From a virus, in the IMG/VR virus record IMGVR_UViG_3300027747_001183: DNA of 64,000 nt; one strand, 5' to 3'. The notes below the pieces were generated by a model. That model did no database searches and was not told the origin of the DNA. It saw only the letters and a program-made list of their open reading frames with translations. The position numbers were made by a program, and so were the translations under genes. Positions 29,495 to 37,881 of this stretch are shown here, piece after piece (positions within the stretch are counted from its first letter, which is position 1; the number at the start of each line of letters is the position of its first letter).

Positions 29495-30659
29495 ATCTGT
29501 CTAGTCCCATTTCTTTAAATGATTCTCTCCAGCTTATCTTTCGAGAAGCGTCGAGATCGTCTAGGTAGTTGATGAGCGTCTTCCCATGTTCCGGCCATAG
29601 GTCTCTTTCCATCATGTGCTTTGTATAGAATTCTACGTTTTCATAGTTAGACCCAAAGTCATGACGTCTTAGCCGGCTTTTTATCTCTTTCTTTATCTCT
29701 ATAGGTAGGTTCTGAGCCGACATGTGTACCGGCCACTCTACAAAGTCACAGAAGTCAAATGCAAAGTTATATCTCTTTGCCGTTAGGTCGTAGGTCTCCG
29801 AGAGATAGAACATACTTACGTTGCTGCATGTCCACTGAAACTTAATTAAGAAGTTACCGTATGCCGAGTACTCTCTGAGCATTTCAAGCTGAGACACGTA
29901 GTGGTCCCATTTCATGGGAAACCTAAAGTACTCACCTGCAGCTCTTGGAGCGTCGACAGATACCTGCATCTGCACCATCTTAAAATTAGCTAGCTTTTCA
30001 AGCATGTCTCTAGTAAGAAGTGTTAGGTTAGTCACGTAGAATAGTGTTATATTCTTACTATACTCTGATTCTGATATTTTGTCAATAAATTTGTTGTGTT
30101 GCTTGTTTGCAAATGGTTCGCCGCCGAGGAATCTAAGACGTTCTGTCTTGTCTATGTTCTCGAGTATAGAGTCCCATATATAAGAGTCTTGCTCTATCCA
30201 CTTGTTGTCTACTGTATACTTCTCAGTGTTAGAGTACTTGTCGAGCATGTCTTTGTCTTCTTGCCACTTGGAAGAAGCACCAGTTCCACAGTGTATACAC
30301 TTGAGGTTGCAGATAGTGCCGACCCTCATATCAATGTGTGGAGGGTAGTATGGTACTGAACCGTCGGTGTCAGTTAGAGTTATTAATTTCTCGTACAGCG
30401 GATACACGTATTGGTTTTCATATATTTTCTTTGACTTACCTCCCATGCTCTCGACATACTCACACTTACTGCAGTTGCTCGGCCACTTACCGGCTAAGAA
30501 GTCGCGACGCATCTCCTTGAAGTACTCAGAGTTCCACTCTTCTTCTATAGAAGAGTCTTTCAGCTTGACGTCGGACTTATTCTGAGAGTACCCACACGCC
30601 CTGACTCGCCCAAAGGGATTAGTGCCAAAGTTTACCCATGGCAGTATGCACGGCTTCAT
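29484..30659 (-). CDS. Radical SAM protein with N-terminal Twitch/SPASM-like Cys domain
   Basis: CILPW...C, CSKC, CNLKCIHC (CxxxCxxC), GGEP. Confidence 0.9.
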   Translation of the reverse strand: MKPCILPWVNFGTNPFGRVRACGYSQNKSDVKLKDSSIEEEWNSEYFKEMRRDFLAGKWPSNCSKCEYVESMGGKSKKIYENQYVYPLYEKLITLTDTDGSVPYYPPHIDMRVGTICNLKCIHCGTGASSKWQEDKDMLDKYSNTEKYTVDNKWIEQDSYIWDSILENIDKTERLRFLGGEPFANKQHNKFIDKISESEYSKNITLFYVTNLTLLTRDMLEKLANFKMVQMQVSVDAPRAAGEYFRFPMKWDHYVSQLEMLREYSAYGNFLIKFQWTCSNVSMFYLSETYDLTAKRYNFAFDFCDFVEWPVHMSAQNLPIEIKKEIKSRLRRHDFGSNYENVEFYTKHMMERDLWPEHGKTLINYLDDLDASRKISWRESFKEMGLDRYAS

Positions 30660-31522
30660 GGTTCTGCCCTAAGTAGAGATCTAACTCCTACGGGCCAACC
30701 ATCTCTGTCTTTTGCTAGGTGTATGGCTTTAGTCGGCGTAAGGTCAAAGTCCTTGCAGACTTGATAGTACTTCTTCTCATATTTCTTCCAGAAGTACTCA
30801 GGCCCAAGCTTGTCCATGAACTGGATACCCATGGACATTAGAGCCTGTGTATTCATATTAAAGTCGTTCATGATGCTTACTGCCCCTTCAGGACGACTTC
30901 TAGCTAGTCGTATACCTATACGGTTAGATCCCATTCCTCCCTTTGATAGGGAGAAGCCTATAGTCTGAATTGCAGGGTGATCAAAATCAAATTCTATGTC
31001 GCGGATGCAGGAGATCCAGGCCCCGTCAATGTGTACGGGTATGTCATATACATGACACTTGTCTAGTATCTCCTGCATCCGCGGGTGCTTGTCTCCATTA
31101 TACGGGAACGGCATGGAGATCAAGAGTTCAGGTCTATATGGTTGCAGTGGGAATACGTGCTCTGAGTCGTCTACATCAAAGTAGACGATGTTTGGATTTA
31201 ATCTGAGATGATACTTATAGTCGCTCTCGAGAGTCTTTAAGTTATTACCGAGTCTCTGGTAGAGATCGTCTATATACTGCGTGCATCCATGTATGACGTC
31301 GACTCTAGGAAAAGCGTCGAGACCCTTGAAAGTACTAAGCGTATGCTTGCTGAGCCAGAATAGAAAGAAGTCTTTGTAGTGCCGGTCAATGTCTGGCATA
31401 TGAACTGGACTGTTCTTATAGAAGCCGTCATAGAACTCGTTGATGCTAGCATCGTACATCGGTTGAGGCCTCTTGTATTGAAGCCATTCACGAGTGTATT
31501 CTCTATCTGCACTGTCTCTCAT
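30656..31522 (-). CDS. PLP-dependent transferase-fold protein
   Basis: VHIDGAW (Asp contacting the pyridine N) and FSLSKG (Schiff-base Lys) followed by RIG. Confidence 0.65.
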   Translation of the reverse strand: MRDSADREYTREWLQYKRPQPMYDASINEFYDGFYKNSPVHMPDIDRHYKDFFLFWLSKHTLSTFKGLDAFPRVDVIHGCTQYIDDLYQRLGNNLKTLESDYKYHLRLNPNIVYFDVDDSEHVFPLQPYRPELLISMPFPYNGDKHPRMQEILDKCHVYDIPVHIDGAWISCIRDIEFDFDHPAIQTIGFSLSKGGMGSNRIGIRLARSRPEGAVSIMNDFNMNTQALMSMGIQFMDKLGPEYFWKKYEKKYYQVCKDFDLTPTKAIHLAKDRDGWPVGVRSLLRAEP

Positions 31523-31530
31523 ACTATATC

Positions 31531-31725
31531 CTAAGGGGAAAGGTGGGGAGCTTCTGTTGCCAAGTGCTCCCCGAACTCCGATTTGCCCGCATTATATGGC
31601 GCGCCGTCTTTCTTTCTCAAGATACCTTGGTTCTTAGTATATGAGTTAGCGTTACAGCAGATCCTGAGATCGCCGTTGTTGCGTATGGAGACGCCGTTCC
31701 AAGGAAGCGGGCAGAATGTTTTCAC
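31531..31725 (-). pseudogene. Truncated radical SAM N-terminus fused to a tmRNA-hairpin copy
   Basis: FCPLPW..IRNNGDLRICCNAN..GILRKKDG resembles the start of 58357-59745, then runs into the 43-bp duplicated element. Confidence 0.75.
31540..31582 (-). repeat. Second copy of the tmRNA 3' hairpin
   Basis: 39/43 identical to 31962-32004; the four differences form two compensatory base pairs. Confidence 0.9.
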
Positions 31726-31931
31726 TTGCGATCAACGAAGCTCTTGAGTTCTTCTGCTAGAAGAAAGATTTCGGTCTTCGTGGGGTACTGGAGCTTTGAG
31801 ATTACAGTCTCGCGCTCAGCTTCATCTCGAATTTCTCGTGCTCTTTCGAGAGATGCGTAGTAGTCGCTCGTCAGCTGGTTCTGAGCGAAGTTAAGAAGAT
31901 CAAACCTGATCTCAAATGCTGTCTTAGTCAT
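31722..31931 (-). CDS. Conserved small T4-like hypothetical protein
   Basis: GGAG RBS before the ATG at 31931; MTKTAFEIRFDLL...YP..EI...AEEL.SFV. Confidence 0.75.
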   Translation of the reverse strand: MTKTAFEIRFDLLNFAQNQLTSDYYASLERAREIRDEAERETVISKLQYPTKTEIFLLAEELKSFVDRK

Positions 31932-31961
31932 AGTAGTCTCCTGTGTGTTGTGTGCTGTGTT

Positions 31962-32275
31962 AAGGTGGGGGGATTCTGTTGCCAAGTTCCCCCCGAACTC
32001 CGATCAAGCCGCGAAGGCTAGATCATATGCATTGTTGTCGTTTGCATTTACGATTTTGCGTCAGTCTCGATCTCGTCTTTACTGCACCCGTCGATCCTAT
32101 TTCGCCCCCATCAAAGATACACAAATAAAACAAGTATTAGTTGCTGTTCTATTTCTTGTCACCCTACCCTAAAGCAACAATCTCGCAGGGTGTTTGTGTA
32201 TCCATGGTGGAGGCGGCGGGTACTGCCCCCGCGTCCAGCATGCCTATTCCACTAGATGTCAACGACATCAGCAAT
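31962..32275 (-). ncRNA. ssrA: Circularly permuted two-piece tmRNA, tag peptide ANDNNAYDLAFAA
   Basis: Acceptor piece ends GCGGGGGCAGTACCCGCCGCCTCCACCA (CCA ends at 32205); intervening segment; coding piece starts GGGGGCGAAATAGGATCGAC at 32109; G3.U70 pair; tag ORF 32045-32004; terminal hairpin. The 5' boundary is approximate. Confidence 0.95.
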
Positions 32276-32277
32276 TC

Positions 32278-32308
32278 TATTTATACACTACTAGACGTTA
32301 TATGTCAA
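32278..32308 (-). promoter_or_regulatory. Overlapping sigma70-type and late promoter for the tmRNA
   Basis: TTGACA-N17-TATAAA whose -10 box is also TATAAATA (32278-32285). Confidence 0.7.
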
Positions 32309-32986
32309 CCGGTATTTTTCGCGGATGTCTAGTAGGTCCTTGACATAGTCATTCCGCTTCTTTACGAAGATCTGGGGTTCCTCGTCGTCGACCATTATCA
32401 TGATGACGATCTGCGGTACTGGGATTCCAGTGAGTTCTTCATACATGATCGCGTATGCAGTGGCTTGACAGAAGTAGTTCAGGATCCACTTCTCTTCTTT
32501 CAGCTTCTTGGAAGTCTTGAAGTCGATGATCGAGAGCCTACCGTTGTACTCTGCTACGAGGTCGACCGTACCTGCGAGCTTCAGGTAGTCAGAGTAGAGA
32601 CGTACTTCTTGCATGTGCACGTTGTCGACGCACGCATCGAGGTGCCTGCGAAGCATCTTGAACTGGAACTGGTCATTCCAGTCGTATTCCGATGGATTGA
32701 TTGGGTCGCCGTTGATGTAGTCCTCGCAGAGCGTATGCATGCGAGTACCTCGAGTAGCAGCTTTGTTCGAGATGCGCTCGGCTTCTTCTGCGCCGACTCG
32801 CTTCTTCCACTTCTCGATTGCTTCCTTACCGAGAAAGCCGACTACCGTAGTAGCCGATGGATATAGAGCTCCGGCAGGAGTCTTGTAGTACCTGCCGGAG
32901 TCCGTATTGATCTGCTCTAGTTCTGATATCTCATGGTTCCTAAGAACCTTAGTGAAAGACTTTCGGCTGTCTAACCATTCCGCCAT
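32291..32986 (-). CDS. PD-(D/E)XK exonuclease of T4-like phages
   Basis: YPSATTV; RGTRMH; LAGTVD; IIDFKTS; YFCQ..AYA.M..E. Confidence 0.85.
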   Translation of the reverse strand: MAEWLDSRKSFTKVLRNHEISELEQINTDSGRYYKTPAGALYPSATTVVGFLGKEAIEKWKKRVGAEEAERISNKAATRGTRMHTLCEDYINGDPINPSEYDWNDQFQFKMLRRHLDACVDNVHMQEVRLYSDYLKLAGTVDLVAEYNGRLSIIDFKTSKKLKEEKWILNYFCQATAYAIMYEELTGIPVPQIVIMIMVDDEEPQIFVKKRNDYVKDLLDIREKYRLTYNV

Positions 32987-33737
32987 CGCTCTGTACCACC
33001 ATCACTTTAGGATTTTCATAGTTTTCTTTGCGGATGATGAACTCCTTCACCAGTCCGGATCTAACGATGTCGTCGACCATCATCTCTACGCTAGAGAAGT
33101 AGCGCTTCATACTTGCAATGATCTTCATGAAGTGGAAGATACCGGAGCGCTCGTCGTCGTACTTAAGGTCAGTCTGCCTGTAGTCACCGCAGAAGATTAC
33201 CTTTGAGTTCTTGCCCATGCGAGTAACGATTGTGCAGAGCTCGTGGTATGTCATGTTCTGGCACTCGTCGACTATCACTATGGTATTGTCGATTGTAATG
33301 CCGCGAAGAAACGAGGATGTCTCAAAGCTGATGACTCCTTTCTGCTTTAAGATCTCATAGGCGTCTGCACGACCATACAGCTCAGCGCAGATGCCTGCAT
33401 ATGGTGCCTCGTATACCTTTGATTTTTCCTTGATAGATCCGGGCAGGAAGCCCATGTCTCTTGATGGTACCACCGACCTAATGATCATGATACTGTGGTG
33501 TTCTTTGAACTTCTCAATCTCATTCAGAGAGAGGTATAGCGAAAGGAATGACTTTCCGGTCCCTGGTAGACCGTGAATTAGAAGGTTCTTGCCGTTTACG
33601 AATTCCTTGAAGATCTGCTCTTGATTGTTTGTCTTAGGGGATATACTCTTTAGGACTAAGTTGTTCTTTTGTTGTTGTGACTCCTGACGCTTGCTCTGCT
33701 TGTTTTGTCTTTTTTCAGCGCGGGTTAGCTTGTCCAT
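32949..33737 (-). CDS. phoH: PhoH-like ATPase
   Basis: GLPGTGKS Walker A; MGFLPG; FLRG; IVDECQN; GDYRQTDL; DIVRSGLV. Confidence 0.95.
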   Translation of the reverse strand: MDKLTRAEKRQNKQSKRQESQQQKNNLVLKSISPKTNNQEQIFKEFVNGKNLLIHGLPGTGKSFLSLYLSLNEIEKFKEHHSIMIIRSVVPSRDMGFLPGSIKEKSKVYEAPYAGICAELYGRADAYEILKQKGVISFETSSFLRGITIDNTIVIVDECQNMTYHELCTIVTRMGKNSKVIFCGDYRQTDLKYDDERSGIFHFMKIIASMKRYFSSVEMMVDDIVRSGLVKEFIIRKENYENPKVMVVQSDGGMVRQPKVFH

Positions 33738-33754
33738 GAGGGTTCCTTTATGGG

Positions 33755-33994
33755 TTACCAGGTATTGATCTTATTCGACCTCCCACTTGCCTTCTTCACT
33801 CTTTTCAAAACATCACGAAACCCCGCATCAGGCTTACGAAGGCCCAATCGGGTCGGGTCCGCCATAGCGGGAGCTCTTGATATGAATTGTTCTAGATGAG
33901 GGTTCTCAGCCTTGTATGCGTCGAGCTGAGATATAGGCATGTCCACTTCGAACTCTCTGTTCGTCTTAGTATCTCTGAATGAATAGTTAGCCAT
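33755..33994 (-). CDS. FmdB-like small regulator
   Basis: Y.F.D..T..EFE..M.IS.LD.Y..ENP; KPDAGFRDVL; usual neighbour of phoH. Confidence 0.6.
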   Translation of the reverse strand: MANYSFRDTKTNREFEVDMPISQLDAYKAENPHLEQFISRAPAMADPTRLGLRKPDAGFRDVLKRVKKASGRSNKINTW

Positions 33995-34181
33995 TCGTGT
34001 CTATGCCCTTAGACATCCAGTAAGCTGTGATGTCGTCTTTATTTATAGGATTAAAGCCTTGTAGAACCATCTCAGCTTTTACGTAGTCGCTTAGGTAGAC
34101 TGGACCGTCCATCTTGCCTTTCAGACTCTCCATCATCTCGTCGAACTGTTCCTTGTCGGTCTCAGTTAGCATTCGTTCCAT
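33987..34181 (-). CDS. Hypothetical protein
   Basis: Overlaps both neighbours within an operon. Confidence 0.6.
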   Translation of the reverse strand: MERMLTETDKEQFDEMMESLKGKMDGPVYLSDYVKAEMVLQGFNPINKDDITAYWMSKGIDTNG

Positions 34182-34356
34182 TGACTATTTCCTTTAGTTT
34201 TGGGTGCATCCTTACCAGCGCTTCTGGCTCAAACAAGTGGAACACGTATACTGTCTCCCTGACGCCAGCCTCACGGCCGGTCAGATAGTAGTACACCGCG
34301 ACTGGTATAAGTAAGGCAGTATAGAAGATAGCAAACAGTACCGTTTCAGTCGTCAT
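34162..34356 (-). CDS. Small membrane protein
   Basis: N-terminal hydrophobic helix. Confidence 0.6.
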   Translation of the reverse strand: MTTETVLFAIFYTALLIPVAVYYYLTGREAGVRETVYVFHLFEPEALVRMHPKLKEIVNGTNAN

Positions 34357-34525
34357 ATGAGAGGAGCCTGTCTAGGTTCTTTGCCCTTAGTGCGTTGTCG
34401 TAGTTTCTAAGCTTCTTGCTGGATCTTTCTCTCTTTATTTCTTTGAAAGAAACTTGATTCTCATCAACAAAATTCTTCTTCTTATTCTTAGTAACCAACT
34501 TTTGAAGGTTAGCGTAGCGAGTCAT
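34346..34525 (-). CDS. Small basic hypothetical protein
   Basis: Not in the ORF track. MTRYANLQKLVTKNKKKNF...LLSYDD (59 aa); ATGA overlap with the upstream gene; fills the operon gap. Confidence 0.65.
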   Translation of the reverse strand: MTRYANLQKLVTKNKKKNFVDENQVSFKEIKRERSSKKLRNYDNALRAKNLDRLLSYDD

Positions 34526-34935
34526 GCTGGAAATAGCTCCGGAAATGCTGCTACTGCGACGTCCTTGGTGAGACCCTTGTATGGACTCTTCTTGTCCTTC
34601 ATCGATAATAAGAGGTCTGCATCTTCTGGATGTATTGCCTCTAAGATCTGGATGAACAGAGACTCGCGCTTGAGCGGGTTCATGTCTGGGCTAAGACCCT
34701 CGATAAAGAGATAGAGCTTGCGAGCCTCGCGGTGCAGCATGTTGTGCTCGTCGAACTGCGAGTACTTGAACGGAGGCTTACCTTCTGGAAGAAGGAACTT
34801 AGCGTCCGGGTGAAACATGTACTGAAGGATGATCTTGCAGGGTTCGTTGCAGTTCTGGCGAAGGGCTTCTACGCGCTCTTCCTTCTTCTTGAACTCACTG
34901 CACTTCTTTAAGATCTCTGATACGCTCATTACCAT
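34522..34935 (-). CDS. Conserved T4-like hypothetical protein (RNase H neighbour)
   Basis: LPEGKPPF; KRE.LFIQILEAIHPEDA.LL..MKDK. Confidence 0.8.
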   Translation of the reverse strand: MVMSVSEILKKCSEFKKKEERVEALRQNCNEPCKIILQYMFHPDAKFLLPEGKPPFKYSQFDEHNMLHREARKLYLFIEGLSPDMNPLKRESLFIQILEAIHPEDADLLLSMKDKKSPYKGLTKDVAVAAFPELFPA

Positions 34936-35774
34936 TAAAAGTCTCCCACGCTTTCCATCATGTTCTTTAGCTTGTACGATATGAAGTAGTTGAACAGCTT
35001 GCTCCTGTCCTTGCCACCCTCTTCATGGTATTTATCGATGACCGCTTTTCTGATGTCCTGTGGGATGAACCCAAGATCGATCAGCTGCTGGTTACGGTTC
35101 CAGTTGCGCTGCATCGCGATGGCCGACCGGTCAAAGAAGAACTCGTCCATCTTCTTCTGTGTCATAGGCTTCTGACGCTTGTCAGTGACGAAAGTATCGT
35201 CGTCTGACAAGATGTTAGGTACACCGTCGCCGGCATCACCCTTGAGGATGTGCTCAAAGAGGTAGCGGTTTGGATCGTCGCTTTGTATCATCTTCTTGCG
35301 TACTGGATCGTACTGCTTTACGTTAGGGTAGCGATGGAGCTGTATGAAGTCCTTATCGCCGGACAAGATAACGATTTCTTCAGTGCGGTCTTCGCTGAAC
35401 TCTACTACTAGAGTTGCAATGATGTCGTCTGCCTCGGCAGTGTCGATCTGGATCATGCGGTACGGGAAGTTCTCTCGGATCTCAGCCTTGAGCTTTCCGA
35501 AGTACTCAAAGATAGTCGTCCAGTCGAGCTCTGACTTGTCGCGAGCTTTCTTGCGATTTGCCTTATAGTACGGGAATACCTGACGACGCCAGAAGTTCTT
35601 GTCGTCGCATGCAATGACCATCTCACCGTAGTCCTTAAACTTAGTGCGGTACCCACGGAGTGAGTTGATGACCATGTGACGGAATAGGCTCTCTTCGATC
35701 TGGATGTTTGTATGGTTACCAATCTGAGCCATAAGATTGGAGATCATGACTTGCTGAAAGTCCACGATAATCAT
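34935..35774 (-). CDS. rnh: RNase H / 5'-3' exonuclease
   Basis: IIVDF; WRR..FPYYKANR; EADDIIA; SGDKDFIQL; GDAGDGVPN. Confidence 0.95.
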   Translation of the reverse strand: MIIVDFQQVMISNLMAQIGNHTNIQIEESLFRHMVINSLRGYRTKFKDYGEMVIACDDKNFWRRQVFPYYKANRKKARDKSELDWTTIFEYFGKLKAEIRENFPYRMIQIDTAEADDIIATLVVEFSEDRTEEIVILSGDKDFIQLHRYPNVKQYDPVRKKMIQSDDPNRYLFEHILKGDAGDGVPNILSDDDTFVTDKRQKPMTQKKMDEFFFDRSAIAMQRNWNRNQQLIDLGFIPQDIRKAVIDKYHEEGGKDRSKLFNYFISYKLKNMMESVGDF

Positions 35775-35803
35775 TGTAAGGTTTCCACGTTTCTGATATA
35801 TGT

Positions 35804-35832
35804 ATTATATATCTTTCAACTATAATGTCAAC
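35804..35832 (-). promoter_or_regulatory. Sigma70-type promoter upstream of rnh
   Basis: TTGACA...TATAAT on the minus strand. Confidence 0.6.
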
Positions 35833-36178
35833 TTATATTGTCTTCTAGATTTTCAAGGTGCTTCTTTGCGGCGTCTGTGATGGTGATAGTCTGGTCTATG
35901 ATCGGGTGAAGCGAGTGCTCTAGGCCCTTGAACCTGTATGTGAACGCCTTGAGCGCTTCTTCTACGAAGACGATGTCCTTTATAGACTCCTGAGTAACAG
36001 CTCCGTTGAAGCCGAAGCTGGCTACTACTGCAGTGACTGCGTCCATCACGTCAGACACTACCTCGTCGCAGAAGTCCTGTCGGACCTGCATGAGATGCTC
36101 TTCCGTATCTGGAAATACGCCGTCGAAGCCCGTTCTGTTTGGGAATTGAATGATATTGGTCATGAAGACTCCTTTCAA
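35828..36178 (-). CDS. Hypothetical protein
   Basis: Likely start at ATG 36163 (AAGGAG RBS; NIIQFP motif); TATAAATA at 36185-36192 upstream. Confidence 0.7.
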   Translation of the reverse strand: MKGVFMTNIIQFPNRTGFDGVFPDTEEHLMQVRQDFCDEVVSDVMDAVTAVVASFGFNGAVTQESIKDIVFVEEALKAFTYRFKGLEHSLHPIIDQTITITDAAKKHLENLEDNIS

Positions 36179-36207
36179 GCTACCTATTTATAGCTATCTT
36201 GAGTCTA

Positions 36208-37299
36208 TCACTTGCTCGCCTTGAGTAGGATGGTATTCTCGTTGATCCTGCCGTTAGCCTCACCTTTCATCTCTTCGATTAGGCGCTTCTGCACGATCTT
36301 TCCGCCGGTAAGTACCGCCTGAAGCTTCTCGGCTGTTTTACGGCCGATCTTCATGGACTTAGAGGCTTCAGTATTAATACCGACCAAAGTAGTACCTCTA
36401 ATGCTAAGACCGCTAGGACCGTCAGCAACAAAGACGCTGAGAGTGCTGTACTTAGTGTTGAAAGTCCATAGGGTCTGTGCTCCGAGGACTGACTGCGGTG
36501 AGACTGACGTGAGCTTGTGTTCATTGCTGTCTTTCTGATACTTGAAGTTCTTTAGGATCTTGTCTGCAGAAGGTGCCTTGGTCTTGCGAGGTGCGCGTGC
36601 CTTCTTGACGTTGCCGCCGTACCGCAGCGCGTCATCGACTATCTTCTGGAGCATGGCTACCTTTGCGGCCAGCTGCTTCTTGGTGTAGTCAGAGTAGCCC
36701 TCGACCTTGCCGGCAGCTGCGAGCTGCATCTCTTCTAGGATCGGCTTATAGTACTCCACGATCTTAGAGGTGTACATGGCTGGGATCTCTTTTTTCTGCA
36801 GCCATGAGTACAGGTCAGTTGGCATATCAGCGTCGTAGAGGCACTCGATGTCACCGATGATGTCATAGCCGCGCTCTCTAATGCGGTCTTGGATAGAAGG
36901 CTTGTCAGCCTTTGGCTTCTCCTTTGGCTCGTCTGGAGTTGCCATCTTGATGGCCTCATGGATCATCTCCAGTGACCGCTGGTCGATCTTCTTTCCAAGG
37001 TTGGTGGCTATCCGACAGTTCCAAGCTGAGGTGAACGGGATCCAGTTGTCGGGAATGCGGGCCACCGGCTTAAGCAGCGATGGCTCGTTGACTGTAAGGT
37101 AGTCCTTGAGGTACTCGCGGGCCTCGTCCTTAGAGGCCATAGCGCCGTACCAAGAGTACGCCTTTGCAAAGTCAGAAACAGTCTTGAGCTTCTTAGAGTC
37201 AGGCTCGTCGCCGAGGTACTTGAAGTTTACGAGGTACGCCTCTGATCGAGTTACGCGCTGCTTCTTCTTTGTCTTGATGCTCAGTAGGGACTTAGCCAT
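36208..37299 (-). CDS. Conserved T4-like hypothetical protein
   Basis: GAGG RBS before MAKSLL; YLGDEP; LWTFNTKY; GRINENTILLK. Confidence 0.8.
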   Translation of the reverse strand: MAKSLLSIKTKKKQRVTRSEAYLVNFKYLGDEPDSKKLKTVSDFAKAYSWYGAMASKDEAREYLKDYLTVNEPSLLKPVARIPDNWIPFTSAWNCRIATNLGKKIDQRSLEMIHEAIKMATPDEPKEKPKADKPSIQDRIRERGYDIIGDIECLYDADMPTDLYSWLQKKEIPAMYTSKIVEYYKPILEEMQLAAAGKVEGYSDYTKKQLAAKVAMLQKIVDDALRYGGNVKKARAPRKTKAPSADKILKNFKYQKDSNEHKLTSVSPQSVLGAQTLWTFNTKYSTLSVFVADGPSGLSIRGTTLVGINTEASKSMKIGRKTAEKLQAVLTGGKIVQKRLIEEMKGEANGRINENTILLKASK

Positions 37300-37301
37300 T
37301 C

Positions 37302-37445
37302 TTACCTCTTTACCATTGTGATAGTGGTGCCGCCGTCCGGATGACGGTGCTGCTTGGATACGACGTACCCGAGCGACCTCCATTTGGCGATCGACTTATT
37401 TAAGTGTGTCTGAGACTTGCCCGTGAATGCGATTTTATCAGACAT
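37302..37445 (-). CDS. Small early hypothetical protein
   Basis: MSDKIAFTGKSQTH... 47 aa, coupled to its neighbours. Confidence 0.55.
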   Translation of the reverse strand: MSDKIAFTGKSQTHLNKSIAKWRSLGYVVSKQHRHPDGGTTITMVKR

Positions 37446-37653
37446 CGACGTTACTCTCAAAGAACCGTACGTCTGCCGCCGTGGTGTAGTGGTCGAAGCG
37501 GTGTGCCAGCTCATCGGCAAGGCCGGTGATCTTGTCAAGGAAAGCGTTAGCCAATCCATAAGCCCTGCAGTCCATAGCTGCAGAGTAGTTGGCCTCCATG
37601 TGATCAAGAGCCGAGCGGATCTGATCGATGGTAAGGTAGTCGTACTTAGACAT
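37438..37653 (-). CDS. Small early hypothetical protein
   Basis: GGAG RBS before MSKYDY; first gene of the leftward early unit. Confidence 0.65.
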   Translation of the reverse strand: MSKYDYLTIDQIRSALDHMEANYSAAMDCRAYGLANAFLDKITGLADELAHRFDHYTTAADVRFFESNVDV

Positions 37654-37659
37654 GATGAT

Positions 37660-37874
37660 CTCCATTGCTTATATTATTAATATAAGCTTTTTTGATAAAA
37701 AAGTACACAAAAAAGTGAGCGGAATAAGAAAAAAAATTATGTAATCTTTTCAATGGCTTATAGAAACTTGCTCTAAGCCATTGAAAAGATTGACAAAAAA
37801 AAGTTCTTATTTTTTGAAAAAAACTGTGTACTTTTATTCGTAAATGTCGTATATTAATAATATAAGGAATGGAG
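37660..37874. promoter_or_regulatory. Back-to-back early promoter cassette (long inverted repeat)
   Basis: Two inverted ~100-bp modules TAAGCCATTGAAAAGATT..TTCTTATT..TGTGTACTTTT..TATATTAATAATATAAG.AATGGAG; perfect 18-bp IR at 37743-37760/37774-37791. Confidence 0.85.
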
Positions 37875-37881
37875 TTAATCA

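Noticed and set aside
31540-32004. Prophage att site or diversity-generating retroelement repeat pair
   Set aside because: No integrase or reverse transcriptase in the window, and the differences are compensatory stem changes rather than adenine-specific
32291-32986. Cas4 / CRISPR association
   Set aside because: No four-Cys Fe-S motif, no cas genes and no array; it is the usual exonuclease beside phoH
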